Source: Chrysomallon squamiferum (taxonomy: Eukaryota; Animalia; Mollusca). Taken from it: a stretch of DNA of 64,000 nt. A program made the translations under genes and the position numbers. The first letter of the stretch is position 1, and the number at the start of each line of letters is the position of its first letter. Below are positions 10,151-24,378 of the stretch, in pieces. The stretch lies in the NCBI GenBank assembly GCA_012295275.1, contig CM022667.1, positions 21,886,001-21,950,000 on the forward strand, given 5' to 3'. The notes under the pieces were generated by a model that searched no databases, was not told the DNA's origin, and saw nothing but the letters and a program-made list of their open reading frames with translations.

Positions 10151-13100
10151 TATAGTATATAGATAGTTTATCTTATAATTCTTTTTCTTAATTAAGTTTT
10201 GAAATAAGTCTATATATGTACTAGAATATAGAGTTAAGAAAATAAATCTCATATTTATCTATTTATTATTATATAAGAACACAGCTTATTTTGAAACTAC
10301 TTGGCTTAGTTGACATTTTTCTTTTATTAGAAAAATGGGCATAAAAATGCAAATGAAATGTCTCTGTCATATTTAATTCAGCTCAGGCATTAATTTTCAT
10401 AACCTAATATTAAAGTATTATCAGTTTAAATGAAAAATATGATATATTGTGAAAAGGTGTGATATTTGTTTATTAAAAATATATTTTATGTGTGTATTTC
10501 ATGTTAACAAGTTTATGTGAAATGGAAAATGAAATTAATACCAAATATTATTTGGTAAAACTAAATAATAGTAAAGTTTTATTATTAGTATTATTTTCTA
10601 TTGTTTTGTTGTTAATGCTGTGTTGCTATACTGTTTCATTTGAAAATGAATATATATCAGATATTTATGATTTTACATTTACTACATAATATGGTACATT
10701 TGTTAACAATATTATTTATATTTATTGATTATTTCATTTCAACTGCTATTTTGTATAATTGTAATATGGATATAAATTATAATTGTGTACTTCCATGCAC
10801 AATGATTTTAAAACAAATATTATTTCTGTTTGAAGCATGACAGACAAGACAGTGAAGGAACTGGTTTTACTGAGGATTGTGAACAAATTTGTTCCAATGA
10901 GCAGGTCACAACAAATAAAGGTAGTAATTTATGTGTTGAATGAAAATGCTTTCTTGAGGATTGAAATATAGCTCAATTTCAAAATTATTTGATTATTACA
11001 TTTCATATTATAGGAATAATATTCATTTTTGTCTAATGTTATTTTATGGAACAAATATAATAAGTGCTTAAAGTTTATTTTTATTGATAATTTAGTTTTA
11101 TATAAATAAACCTCTTTTAATGATGCTAAAATAGAAAGAAAATGGCTGTTTTTATAGATTTATTAAATTTTTTTAAATTAAATTATTTATTTTTTAATTA
11201 CTATATGCATTTATAACTTTAGCACCTCAAAATGATACATTTAAATATTAAATATTGTTATTATTGTTATTTTCTTTCATAAAGTGCTATGTTTCAATGC
11301 TCGTGTTAATGAATATCTTGTAGAATTAAATATTTTCCTCATTTTACAGTTGTTCTTACCAGCATAGATATAAGAGACATCAAGAAACGCTCAGAAAGGA
11401 AAGCAGAATTTAAAATCCAGGTTAATATTTATAGCACTTTTACTGTAACTGTGAAATAATTATTTATCATGTCTCTGGGTGATTTACAGTGGAAAGTATT
11501 TCAGTCAGCAAAGATTTTGTAATAAGTAGTGTGTCATAGTTACATGTAAGGATTAATTAAACTTTAAAAATTCATTATAGGAAAACTAAAGTAAAGTTAT
11601 TTATTTTATTTTTTAACTATTAAATTTCGTTATATATCTTTTCTTCTGTTTAAAGAAAAGAAAATTAAGAAATTATGATAAAATTAATTTGTTCTTAAGA
11701 AACTGTTAGTAACAAAGTAATTTATTCAGGTGCCATTCTTTTTTTTTTACCTTAGAGTACAAACATACTAATAACTGAATAATACTGGCTCTTGTTAAAT
11801 TGCACTTAATTTCTAGTTTGCTAATATTTTTTTCTTTGGTTTTATTTAGGTAACCTGGTCAAATAATGATCAGTTTGAAATAACCAAAACACCAAGGGAA
11901 CTGCAGGATTTTCAGATGAAGGTTTGCAGTTTAATTTCATACGTAGAAACTTAAACTTCTCTACCATAGTAAAACTAATTTAACAGAATGTATCATTTAT
12001 AAAAACAGATTATTACTTAACGGTTCTTCCTGAGTTCAGACCATTACCAGGTTATTTGGGTGATGGAATTAATTTCTAGTCTTTCCAATATTATATTGAA
12101 GTTGTCTGCCATAAAGCACGTTCCTTTCAATAAAAATAAAAAATCCTCACTTTTTTTCTGTCTTTGCATGTCATATATGTTTTTTTATTAATAGCTTCAG
12201 AAGTTGTTTCCTACAGAAGTTAATGTTCACGGACGTGGGTGGAAAATTCCATTTCTTCATGGTGAGTTTTCTGTTATATTCTAATTTATTAAATTATTTT
12301 CTCTGTTAGCTGTTACCATTTTGCAGTGTTGTCCAATTGTCTGTCCAGTGAACATATATCTAGGGGGTTGAAAAAATCTTAATTAGGATTTGCTTAGATA
12401 TCAGTAATCTCATACATAACCAAAATAAACAAAGAGTATTTCTGATTCCTTCACAAGCCTGATGTGGACCTACAATAGCAGCAAGATTCTATTTAAAATA
12501 CAGTTTTACAAAGTGTTAACCTTTGAAAGAGAAAATGCAACTGACAGTTGCTTTTTAATTGAAATGTTTGTTTGGTATCGATGATAAATAGCCTTTAATT
12601 ATTTATTTTTTAAATATCAAGGACAGAAGGAAATATTGGTAATTTTAATACTTGAATACCTGAATCCATGGTTGTAACACTAGAATTATAACTTAAAATT
12701 ACTTTATAAAATTTTTGTTCCTTTGCTAAAACTAACATCTTTTTTAACAGGTAACACATATTACACAAATCGAGATGAAAGAGAAAACCCAAAATATACT
12801 CTACAACAGTATTTTAGGTATGTTATTAAAGAAAGCTAATCATGTTAATTTTGCATTTGAATACATTAAAAGTGCTACGAAGTAGTTCAGTTTGTTTCTG
12901 CCTGTTCTTATTTCAAATTTACTTTCTTTATATGGAAAATTATGTTAAATGTTTGTTAAATATTTATTTTATTATTATTCATTTCTTCCTTTTTTTTATT
13001 AGAATCTATTAAATAATGATAAAATTACTATACTATGCATTTCTTTCTTTTTTGATTGCTTTTTTTTCTTTCATATTTTGCTGTTATCAGGATTCACACT

Positions 13101-13434
13101 GGAAGCATTAATCATTTATTTAAACAGAAATTCTTATTTTTAAATTCTATGTACTCAAGTCTTTATCTATAATACTTGGAAAATTATTTTTTGAGGTTGA
13201 CTTTTAATTGATTTATTTTTTTCCAAATTAAAATCTAAAATAAAATAATTTCAGTCATATATTTGAGCTACCTCAGCATGTGTTGGAGTCTGAGTTTGTG
13301 ATTCGGTTCTTCGGTGGAAGCCATTCTGTTAAAGTAGCAGATGATGTTGCTAACAACTCTTCCCAGATTATCTCACACCTTCAGTCACCTCTAGGTAAAA
13401 TCTGTTATATTTAAATCAGTAAATAATTTGTTTG

Positions 13435-13465
<31 letters not shown>

Positions 13466-16400
13466 TAATCAACAAATAACATTTAACAACAAGGCTTTGT
13501 AATATTTTCATTTCCATAGTAAAACACTTTATTTCCATAAAACCACATTCTGTAGTGTTTATTTTTCCACAATAAAACATTTCTATTATTCATATTTCCA
13601 CCTCAACACACTTTGTGTTATCTATGTTTCCACAATAACAAATTGTATTATCTGTGACTCCATAATAAAAAAATACATTTGTAATATTGGTTTTCAAAAT
13701 ATTTTTACTATTATCTGTATCTGCTTTATATGAAACACTGTCATACTGGAAGTAACAGACATAAAAGTATTGATGAATTATATAAATAATTATTTGAGAA
13801 TGAAAACTTTTATATCTAATAATATTTTCATCTTTTATTCCTTTGCATAAATTACAGTTTGGGAAATTAGTTGTTTGGGTGGAACCAATAGAGATTTTAA
13901 AAAAGAAAAAAAATGTGGCATTCGTTTGGTTGTTTTTTTTTTTTTTTTTGGTTTACAAGTGGAGTTAGATCCATTCTTAGATAAAAGAAAATGCTGTTAA
14001 ATATTTTATTTAACAGGGGACTTTAAAAAGAACTAATTAAATAAATGCATGTGTATGTATGTATATTTTTAATTTATTCCACTGTTACAGTTAATTAAGT
14101 AATTTTAAACAAAACTCAAAATTGCATGGACTTTCATTATAGAGCCTGCCACTGGAAGATTTCCATTAAAATCAATGACAGTTTCCAACTCACAGTTGTC
14201 TGATCTTATGCCTGGTAAGCTGCATGTTCAAACATTTTGTTAGAAAACCCTTGATTTTTCTATTTTTAGATTAAATTTAGCCTTTTAATACAAATGTTGC
14301 ATAATAGTTTTAAACTGTTTATATATTTTTATGCATAGTGCCTACAATTTACTGAGAATGAAGGTGCAGTTAAAATATATTTTGATGTAAAAATAATTTA
14401 TGTAGACTCAGCTGTGGTAAGATTGTGTTTGATGGTGTTGAAAAAAAAGTGAAATATATTGCTTTGTGTTCATACAACTTTGCTTTGGCAATAAACAGTT
14501 CATCAAAACTATTTATGCTGCAGATTAACTAATTTTGGTCAGTGTAAACTTTCAGCAGATTTACTGTAAGACTTGCACATTCTAGAATTATATTTAGACT
14601 TTCTAATATACATTTCCATCATCTCATGTCCTCTTTTTCTTAATATTTCAGGTTTGTCATTTTCAAATATGCTTTTTCTTCACTCAACAAAGATTATTTA
14701 CTGATTATTTTTGGCTTATAAAAGCATGTCAGTTTTATTGCTCATTAGGATGTATACTGATAATATGATTAAGAAATAATTTGAACAATTAGGATAATAT
14801 ATGATCTCAATTGTTTGTTTATATATACATGACAACTATAAGTCAGAAAAACTGATTAATGAATTTCATCCAAATAGATTCTGTTAATAACCTTTTATTT
14901 TTTTTTCCAGATGAATCAGTTACTAAGATTTCAAAATGCAACAATCAACATACCTGTCAACCCACATCAAAGGGGTCTCCCCATTGGCTGAAAAGACAAG
15001 AACCAAACAGGTACACAAATAAATATTCATAACAACTAGTTAACATTTGTATGTGCTACTAGCAGGCTTAGAATATCATTTCATAATGTATTAAAATGGG
15101 AACTTTATAATAGTTATTATGTAATATCATAATAAAACATCTAAAATAACATTGTAAATTATATTGGTCATTATAATAACAGATTTCTTTGTGGTTAAGT
15201 TTTTGCTTTCAGTATTTTCTTAAAAATAAGTTACCTGATTAATCAAACTGGAGTCTAGAGTAAAAACAACAAAAAAACAGAGTTACAGCTACATGGTCCA
15301 GAAAGGACAAAGAAAATAATTACTTTGGGCTCCTCTGTTCAAATCAGTGTGAGATGGTAAATTACAGTTCTTAATTTATTACAGACACATTTGTTCAAAG
15401 CGTGCTTTGACAACAACACAGCACAGGTCACCAGCCTACTCACCAATGTCTTCATCAACTGATTCTCCATCAAGCAGTCGACCAAGCTCTCCAGTGTCTC
15501 ACAAATCTATTGCATCTGTCACACAGCTCCTGAAACTCCTCAATCTCGAAAAATATTCCAGTAGTCTCAGCAAATACTCTGTTGAACAGGTATGTTTTCT
15601 TTTTTTATTATTTATTTTAAGAGACAATTACTTGAATATTTTAGTTTCATTCACTGAATTATCAGCATCTATGAATATTAATTGACATGTATTTACATTT
15701 TTACCAAGAATTTACATAACTGTAAGATTTTCAAGAATTTGAGAAAAGTATTCATTATATAATTACTGTCAGTATTTAATATTATAATTCATACTAAGTT
15801 CAAATTTTCCAGTATCCTTCCATTATCATTAGATTGTCTTTCTTTATGTAATATTTATCTTTAAATAAATCAGTTCCTATTATAAATCCCTGTAATTAAC
15901 CATTATTTATCAATCTTCAAAAAAATAATTACAATTGCTTTTTGGTTTTTGAAAGTTGGCATCTATGACATCAGAAGAGTTGAGTGAGGAAGGTCTTTCT
16001 AAAGATTCTCAGCAACTGCTACTCTCCAAGCTGGAAACTATCACACGGTAATTTATTATAAGAAAATCCTGATAATTTGTCTGTAATACTTCAGTGAAAC
16101 AAGATTCAGAAATGTAGTGTTTGTATAGGTAAATGGTTTGTATTACAGTGTAAATTATGTCTAATGTCTGAAGAGTAATAACAATTTATTTCATACCAGC
16201 TATATTGGAGCACTAAAGTTTTAATAATAGATGTTATTTAAATAACTATTTTTTTCCGTTTGTTCCCCAGGAGTAAATCCTTTGCTTCAAAAAATGGAGT
16301 GGTTGAGCTATGTCATCCTGCAAGAGTGATTTCTCAATCAACAAATCTGGTGTGGCATACTCCTCCTCCAGGGCCAGGCCTACAGTATCCTCCTTTGGCA

Positions 16401-19297
16401 TCCCCAGCAGTGCCATGTCAGATGCTATATATTACCTCTCCGGGTTCAGAGATTGGTAGTCATTGTATGGTGCCTGGATCAGGACCCTTATCAGACTTAA
16501 CTAATCAGGACCTCTCTTCTGAGTGCTCCAGTACTCCTCCCAGCCCAGGTCAAGGAAATACTAAGCAGCAAATTAATGGTGAGAGCTCAGGATCAGAAGA
16601 CAATGATAAAGGTAAATATTTATGGTTTCTCTGATTTATATCTGGTGTACATTATGAAATTTTTGTTATTAATTACAGTAACTATTTTTAACTTTTATGC
16701 TTTTGAAACATATATAATTTTGTTTTTGTTTTATATGGGTCATTCCATGTCAAATCACCCCTAAAAGACCCCAATTTAATCCCGACCGTCTCAGATTTGA
16801 AACTTGGTATACTTGTTGATTGGGATCCCACAGCACCAAATCTGAAATTATTGGCCAATCGGACCAGTGGTGAGGGAGATATGGCCCCCCAAATTTTGAG
16901 CTTTTTGGCAAAAATGGGTATGACCACCAACCTTTGAACCCTCATATCTCAGGAACTACTGGGCCAATCGTCATAAAATTGGTATTGTTGAAAAGGCAAT
17001 ATAACAAGGATTCCAAATGTTGGGGTACACTGAACATTTGACCTTGAAATTGACCTTGTGGATCACATGACCTTAAGATGACCTTTATTGAAATTTAATC
17101 TCCCACATGTTAACTAAAACATATAAAAGTTTCCTGGGTGTAATATTTTTTGTTTAGCCACAATATAGATTTTAAAAATGCACATCCATGAAAATAACAC
17201 AATTTTTTCTCAGAGAGTACATTCGTCGAGAAGATGCAATAGCAGGTGTCAATGACACAGATGTCCCTTTCACTAATCCAAGTGACTTCTTTGTTTGGCC
17301 AGTGAAATAATTTAGAAGGTCCGTGAGGGTGCATGAAACAAATGAAGAAGTCACCATGCTCTTCTGAAATGCCTTCAGCTAGCCCAACCCATGCCTCATT
17401 GTCATACAGACAACTTTCTTGTCTGGGTTGGCCTTTTTCCATGCAGCATAAAGTTCACATAAATTTGAGAGAATCTTTGTTATATTGCCTTTTCAACAAT
17501 ACCAATTTTATGAAGATTGGCCAAGTAGTTCCTGAGATATGAGGTTGGTGGTCATCCCCATTTTTGCCAAAAATCTCCCATTCCACTGGTCCGTTTTTAT
17601 CTAAAATTTCAGATTTGGTGCTGTGGGATCCCAATCAACAAGTATACCAAGTTTCATAAAAATCTGAAAAGATCGGGTTTAAACCATTATGTGACTTGAC
17701 ACAGAATAACCCATATAATTAGTTTTTATTATTTATTCATTTTTCTTTTCATCAACAAATAAGACCTTTTTCTGCTTTAGACAAAGTTGATCAGGATGAT
17801 GTAGTTGGCAGAAGGAAAGATCTTACTCCAGGACAGACTATAATGAGCCCTGGCGTGATGCGACAGGAGGATTTGAAAATGACCCCAACTATACATCCTA
17901 CATTTTACCTTGAACCCAAACCAGAAATCCCACCTTTGTTACCAGGACAGAATGCTTTCCAGACTGATTCAGTTCATGCCCCTGTGATGTCAACTGGACA
18001 CCCTCCAATTAGGCCTACTTACTTTGCTGTGAGACCATACAAGGCACCGAAAAATGTCAGCATGTCACAAGAAGGTCAGATGAAGACAAGTGCACAGTCT
18101 GTGCCACACGTAATGAATCCACTCCAGCCAGGGAGGTCAGATTATCCAACAAATGTTGGTCCAGCAAGTGTGAGCAATAATACCATGAAAACTTCTGCTG
18201 AAAATCTGCACAGATCACAACCAGTTTTGATGGGTCGTCCAGTGAAAAGTAGCAACAGTGGCCCAGGATGGTCAGGTACATCCACATCCACCACAACAAT
18301 CCAGTCAGCATACCACTCACGTCTTTCACCTGGACCAGCATCAGCACCTCCTCTTCAAGTAAATCCAAATGGTGGATTAATGCTTCCAGCTCAGTCGGCT
18401 AGTCCATCAGACTCCAGTCTTCAAGGAATGCCTGGACTACCAGCAAACTGTCAGTCTGTAGCAAACACAACCACAACCAGATCAGTAATGTCACAATCTC
18501 CAGGTCCTGCTCAGCCACCAAATTCTTCTTCCAGCACATGTGACTGTATTTGTGGCTCATGTGATTGCCAGAACAGTTACCCACCTACATCAGGCTATCC
18601 ACAATATACATTTCCCCCTACTGCAATCTGGCCATGGCAGATTCCTCCACAGCTAATTGCCCAAGGTAATGGCATTATTGCCCAAGTGCCACCTAACATC
18701 TATGGCCAGATTCCCCCTGCAAACTTTCCTAATGGGTTGAACCTAGAATATCCCTTTCAACACCATCCCAACTTACAATATTTGTCACCAGGAGTGCTCC
18801 CAATGTATTATGGCTGTAATATGTTGCACAGCTCTGTTAATAAACAACGAAACCAAGGTTGTTACAATTGTGGTGGGACTAACCATAAAGTTCAAGACTG
18901 CAAAGAAAAGACAATGGAATCATTATCAGGTATGAAAATTTTAATGTTTTATTTTAAGGAATTAAAAGATAATTAACAGAGTAGAGAACATTTTATCTTT
19001 AAACATTTCTTAATTGTATCTGTGGTTGGTTGTCTGTGTTTTAGCATAGATAGACACACACACACACACACATATATATATGTATGTATGTGTGTGTGTT
19101 GCATTCCAGTAGATTATATTGATGTATTAATTTATTCCTATCAGTGTTTTTTTTTATATAAAAGTTATAAAACATTATTTGTTACATTAGCATTTGTCTG
19201 AAACATTCACTGCTGTTTTATAGTTGCATTTTCCTTTTATTTGTTTGGTTTTACAGGTTTCCACCTGAACTACATACCAAAATCTGACTCTGAGTAG
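8177..19297 (+). CDS. ZCCHC14: Zinc finger CCHC domain-containing protein 14/2 family (N-terminal conserved domain, PX-like, SAM, C-terminal zinc knuckle), 14 exons
   Basis: Exons (GT-AG, frame-consistent): 8177-8662, 10836-10920, 11350-11420, 11850-11921, 12195-12261, 12751-12817, 13255-13394, 14143-14214, 14911-15010, 15385-15589, 15956-16047, 16271-16611, 17781-18929, 19257-19297 (TAG). The N-terminal [32 protein letters not shown] matches ZCCHC14 [32 protein letters not shown]. The C-terminal CYNCGGTNHKVQDC...GFHLNYIP matches CYNCGATGHRAQDC...TFRLKYAP. It is likely co-orthologous to ZCCHC14 and ZCCHC2. Confidence 0.9.
16737..17712 (-). mobile_element. Non-autonomous Sola2-like DNA transposon (long TIRs, 4-bp TSD ATAT) in ZCCHC14 intron 12
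   Basis: Termini GGGTCATTCCATGTCAAATCAC...GTGACTTGACACAGAATAACCC flanked by ATAT on both sides. Roughly 250-bp imperfect inverted arms. Internal minus-strand remnant WVGLAEGISEEHGDFFICFMHPHGPSKLFHWP. The superfamily call rests on GRG termini plus a 4-bp TSD. Confidence 0.8.
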
Positions 19298-22200
19298 TTA
19301 CCACGTTGTTTCGAGTTTCAAGCTTTTGTCTTAAAGAAAATGGTAACTTACCAGTGCAGCTGTTGAAGTACATATATTAGTACCAGTTCCTTGTAATCAG
19401 GTCAATAAATTGTATATGAAGTCAGCGTGTTTCTGATGCATATTTTCCCTTGAAGTACCAAATTTTTTTTTTTTTTTTTTTTTTTTTGCTCGGGCCAACT
19501 TATATAAAAGAATAAATATTTATAGTTTCATTGACTTATACATTATAGGACATTTCATCTTTGGGAAATGTGTTTTAATAGGAATAAAATGTCCTTATGT
19601 TGGATTTCTTTTATCTATTTGATTTGTGGTCCTAGAGAGGGGTTAAAAAAAGAACCAGTGGAATGTTGTGTTTTTTACCTACTTTTTTTATAGATTGAAA
19701 CATAATTTAATGCAAATACGTAGTTTTTACCTAGTCGACCTGTGCCATTTCTCCGACTTTCTGATCTTCTGATCTATGTATGTATATAATATATATTTTA
19801 GAACACACATCATATTTTTATGTACAGATTATGTTTGTCCCATTTTTAAAAAAAAAAAAAAAAAAAAAATATGCTGGTTTAAAGTAAGTAATGGAACCCA
19901 TGTGAGCTAGTCATCAGTTTTGACTTTCATTATCTTTGTATATTAAATTTTAAATTTGAGAAAAATATTTTAGCAATTAAAATACAAACAACAAAAAAAT
20001 AAAAATCACTTCTGTTTTGAGTTTCAGTAAAAGAAATAAAAATAAAAACAAAAAAAGTTATATATATATATATAAAATACGGTATTTATGGTAATAATAT
20101 GCTGTTGGTACTTTTTGTCCTACATTAATGTAAATATGTTTAGAATTAATTATCCACTGATCTGATACAAAATTGAAAATTAAATGTAAATAGATTTATT
20201 TTTAATAAAAAATACTTAATTTGGTGCTTTGTGAACATGATTTGGAGATCTCATAAAATTATTAAATAATAAATCATAAATAATAATAATACCAACAACT
20301 ATATTTTTCAGATATACTTATTTTTCTTTTTGACTATGTATATAATGTATGAAATGATTGTGACATGCAGTTTTATCCAAGAACTACTGTTTTGTTATAT
20401 TAAATATTAGTATACTTTCCATGAATAAGAAGTTGTACCAGGATTTGATTTCATTTTTCCTTCTTCTATTTCATTGTTTTTCATTTCATACAGCAGTTAT
20501 TTAATTACAGAAATTTAGCTGTTTTTAACTGAAAATAAATGATAAATGAAAGTTTATAATTATGTTCCATGTCTTTTATTGTATTTTATGTTTTTGCGAT
20601 TTTTTTAGAATATAAATTTTATATCTGTCTTTCTTACCATTATTTTCTTTCTTTTTTCTTTCTCTATTTTCTCATCATTTCTTTTTATTCCTTTTTTTAA
20701 ATTTGTTTGGAGACAATTTATTATTGTGATGTTCTTTCTCTTTTTTTTATATATCTCTGAATACATTTTGTTCACATCAGTATTTTAGTTTTTTGTATTT
20801 ATGAGCAAATTATCATGCATGCTTATATTCAGATTGAAGTTCATATACTGATATAATACTGTAATGGTCAGATTCAATTATGTCTGGTTGTCAGTAGAAA
20901 TCTTTCATCAACATAAATTAAAAGTTAAAAAGTACGTAAATCATTAGTCTCATTATAATTTGATAATAACAAAATGGATTTTTTTATTATTTATTTATAG
21001 TAATGATACTTTCTCAAAAAATTATTCTGTCATATTTTTCACAAAGAAATAGCAACAGGTTGTTTATGGTTTATGACTAAATTATTATTTAATCAATTTG
21101 TTAATGGCTCAAAATGCAAAAAAAAATTGTTTAATAAATAAAAATTTGTTAGCATAGTTTTAATTATTCCAAAATACAAATCCACTATCAGTTATAATTT
21201 GCATAATATTGTTTTTCTGTATTTGATAGTTTATATTTTTCTTTATTTAAATTAGTCAAAAGTAACATTAGTCTCAGCCTACATTTGGCTTCGTTTGAGG
21301 GGAAAAAATATTGATGTCAGGTGTTTTGATACTTTAATTTGGAAATTTTAATAAAAATAATATTTAGTGATGTTTCACCTTCAACATTCGTTTTTATTAA
21401 TCATTTATTTTTCTACATTATTTACATTAAATGTTTATAAATTGTAACTGACTACATCAAGGTAAACTGCAAGATAAATCTTTATTATTTTCAGCTGTTT
21501 TTTTTTTTTTTTATGTAGTTTTTGGTCTTTTTAATTTTTAGCCCTAAAATATAAATATATTCCTATGAATTTTTTTGGTTTTAATTTGCATTTAATTTAT
21601 TTACCTTGGTACTTCTTGCCAAGGTAACTACAGTGAAAATTATTATTTCTTTTAATGCATTATATGTGAAAATCAGTTGTTTCTGTTGTTGTTTTATTGA
21701 GGAGGGTGGATGGTTCAGAAATAAATATTTGCCTGTTTTTCATGAATGAAAATAACAAAATAGATTTATTTTTCTGTAATGTCACAAAAGGATAGCGAGT
21801 TACTGTAAAAACCCATTGTGAGTAATGTGTATGATGTTCATGTCTCTTTAACTATCATGGATTTCATGAAACCCTTTTATTAACTTTATACAGATTTTTA
21901 TAGATTTTAGCAGCAAATAGAATATTCATTAATTTACAGTACTGGTAGGTGGGAAAAGGGTAGAATTGTTATGAAAATGTTAATATGTTATTAACATGCA
22001 TGGTTGATGCCACTGATATATTTTTCATTTTGTAAAAATTTATCTTAGCATATCAATTTTATTTTAAAATTTTGTTTTGCAGTGTCTTCAGTTTTGTCAG
22101 ACATTTATTATTTCAGTTCACTGGTATTCCTTGTGGCCAAGAATTTCTATTATTTATATTTATTTGTGTATGTTAAATTTTAAGGCCATGTCATGATGGG

Positions 22201-24274
22201 ATAGATATTTTGTATTTTAATTGATTTGTCATTATGTTTGCATTTTACTTTATTTAATATTTTGTTATTATGTTGTGAATTGTATATCTGTGAAATATAT
22301 ATTCATACTAACAATATTTTAATGATTGGACTAATATGTGTGACCGGAGTTTGCAACTTAGGTTAGTAGTTTCTCTAGTGATGTGAAGAACGGATTGACA
22401 CTTGGTCTGAAAGTCTGTAAAAATTGCCACAGCTTATTTGTTATTTGTATATTAAATGTATTATGATTATTGTTGAAGTTATCCAAAACCACAGTTCTGA
22501 ACAATGAAGCTGTGGAGAATTGAAATGGTAGTTCTTTGTGACATGTATGGATAATTAATATATTTATCTTTGATTGCTAATTAGGCATAAATGTTGTTAA
22601 CTTGTAAAAGCTGTAAGCATAATTATTGTTAACTTGAATCCTTTAAAAATCATGTGATTTGACAATAAGAAATTTAAAAATTATATAACCTATTATTTTA
22701 ATGTAATTGTACATATTTATATTCTTCTTCTTGGTTTTTCTTGTTTGTTTATTTTATTTATTTATTTATTATTTTATTTATTTATTATTATTTGTTTTAA
22801 TATTTTTTTTATTATTGTATTTTAGGTTATTTACATATTTATGCTGAGCCTCATAATGTTAGAATCATATTAAATGAGTTATGAAATAAAATTGAATTAT
22901 CATACAGGTTTTCTTCTTTCATAAGAGTATATCTGGTAACTGTTGAATATGAATGTATTTAATAAAAGACAATTACTTTTATCACATCATATATTAGAAT
23001 AATATTGACCTCAAATCATTGTATATTGTTTTTCTTTAATTTTCTTTGTTTTTTTAATTTACTTATTTATTTATTTTATTTTTTGTTTTTATTTATTCAT
23101 TTTTTATTATTATTATTATTATTTGTTTTTTATACTGTTAAGATAGTTCATATTAAGATATATAGTGTTAATAAATATTAGAAAGTGAAAAAAGCTTAAC
23201 ATGGTACCAAGAAGATTATTATATATGAAATTCAAAGCAAATTTTTATTTTTTTATTTTTTTTTATATGAAATTATTTAGATGTATTTGTAGGTAAGTGT
23301 CCATCTGCATTCCTCACATTTTAACATGTTCTTTTTTCTTTTTCTGAAGGTATTATTTTAAATGAAGTATTTCCCTTTGGCACATTTGGACACAACTCGC
23401 TTTGATGTGCAGCTTTTTGTATGTACAAGATGATAAATGTTCCATATGTGCTCAACCATATTGTATCATGTTACAGCTGCCTGGTCATCTGTTTTTACTT
23501 GATAAATTATGTTCTATACCATGTTGAACAATAAAGTTTCATTTCATCACAATGTATTTGTCATTATTTAATTAGATTACAGCAAATTAATTTAATTAAC
23601 AATTGCCAAGTCAGATGGGTATGTGACCAGATATCATGGTTCCCCCATGACAATTGACAGTTTTGAGACACCATCTTCCACTTTCTGATAGTATGTATAC
23701 ATTCATACTGATGTATACCTTTGACAGTATTAACTATTTTGTGCATCTCAAAGCATATGGTTTCATTTTTGATTATTACCAGTAACTCTATATATAATAT
23801 ATGTATATCATTAAAAATAAAATTAAAAATAAAATTAAAAAGGAAAAGAAAGAAAGCAAGAAGAAAAGCACCTTTATTGATGACAACCCAGAAAGAAAAC
23901 ATCAAATTACCTATGAATTTATTATTGATTGATAGATTTTTATTTATTTATTTATTTATTATTTTCTTTCTTCCTTTCTGGGTTGTTGTTTTTTGATAAT
24001 ATTTGGTAAGATATTATTTATAAATGGGAGAAGACAGAACGCTAGGCTGTGTAAATAGTGACAACACAATATATCCACTTTATCACATTTGTAGTGTAAA
24101 AATAACATTATTGCATTTCTCTTTCACCAATCCTGAAAGTTCATTTCAGAAAAGATCATTTAGTTTCAGCTGTGTTTTAATATGATAAACTACATTTATG
24201 TGAAATAATTAGTCTGTTACCTTTCAACAGAAAGTAAAATATAATAAACAATTAAATGTTAGTAACATTTCTGC

Positions 24275-24378
24275 ATGAGCATATCCACAAATGTACACAC
24301 GTATACAAATGAGCATATCCACAAACGTACACACATACACAAATGAGCATATCCACAAACATACACACATACACAAAT
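24275..24378. repeat. ~34-bp tandem repeat, 3 copies
   Basis: ATGAGCATATCCACAAA(t/c)(g/a)tacacac...acaa recurs at about 24275, 24309 and 24343. Confidence 0.85.
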
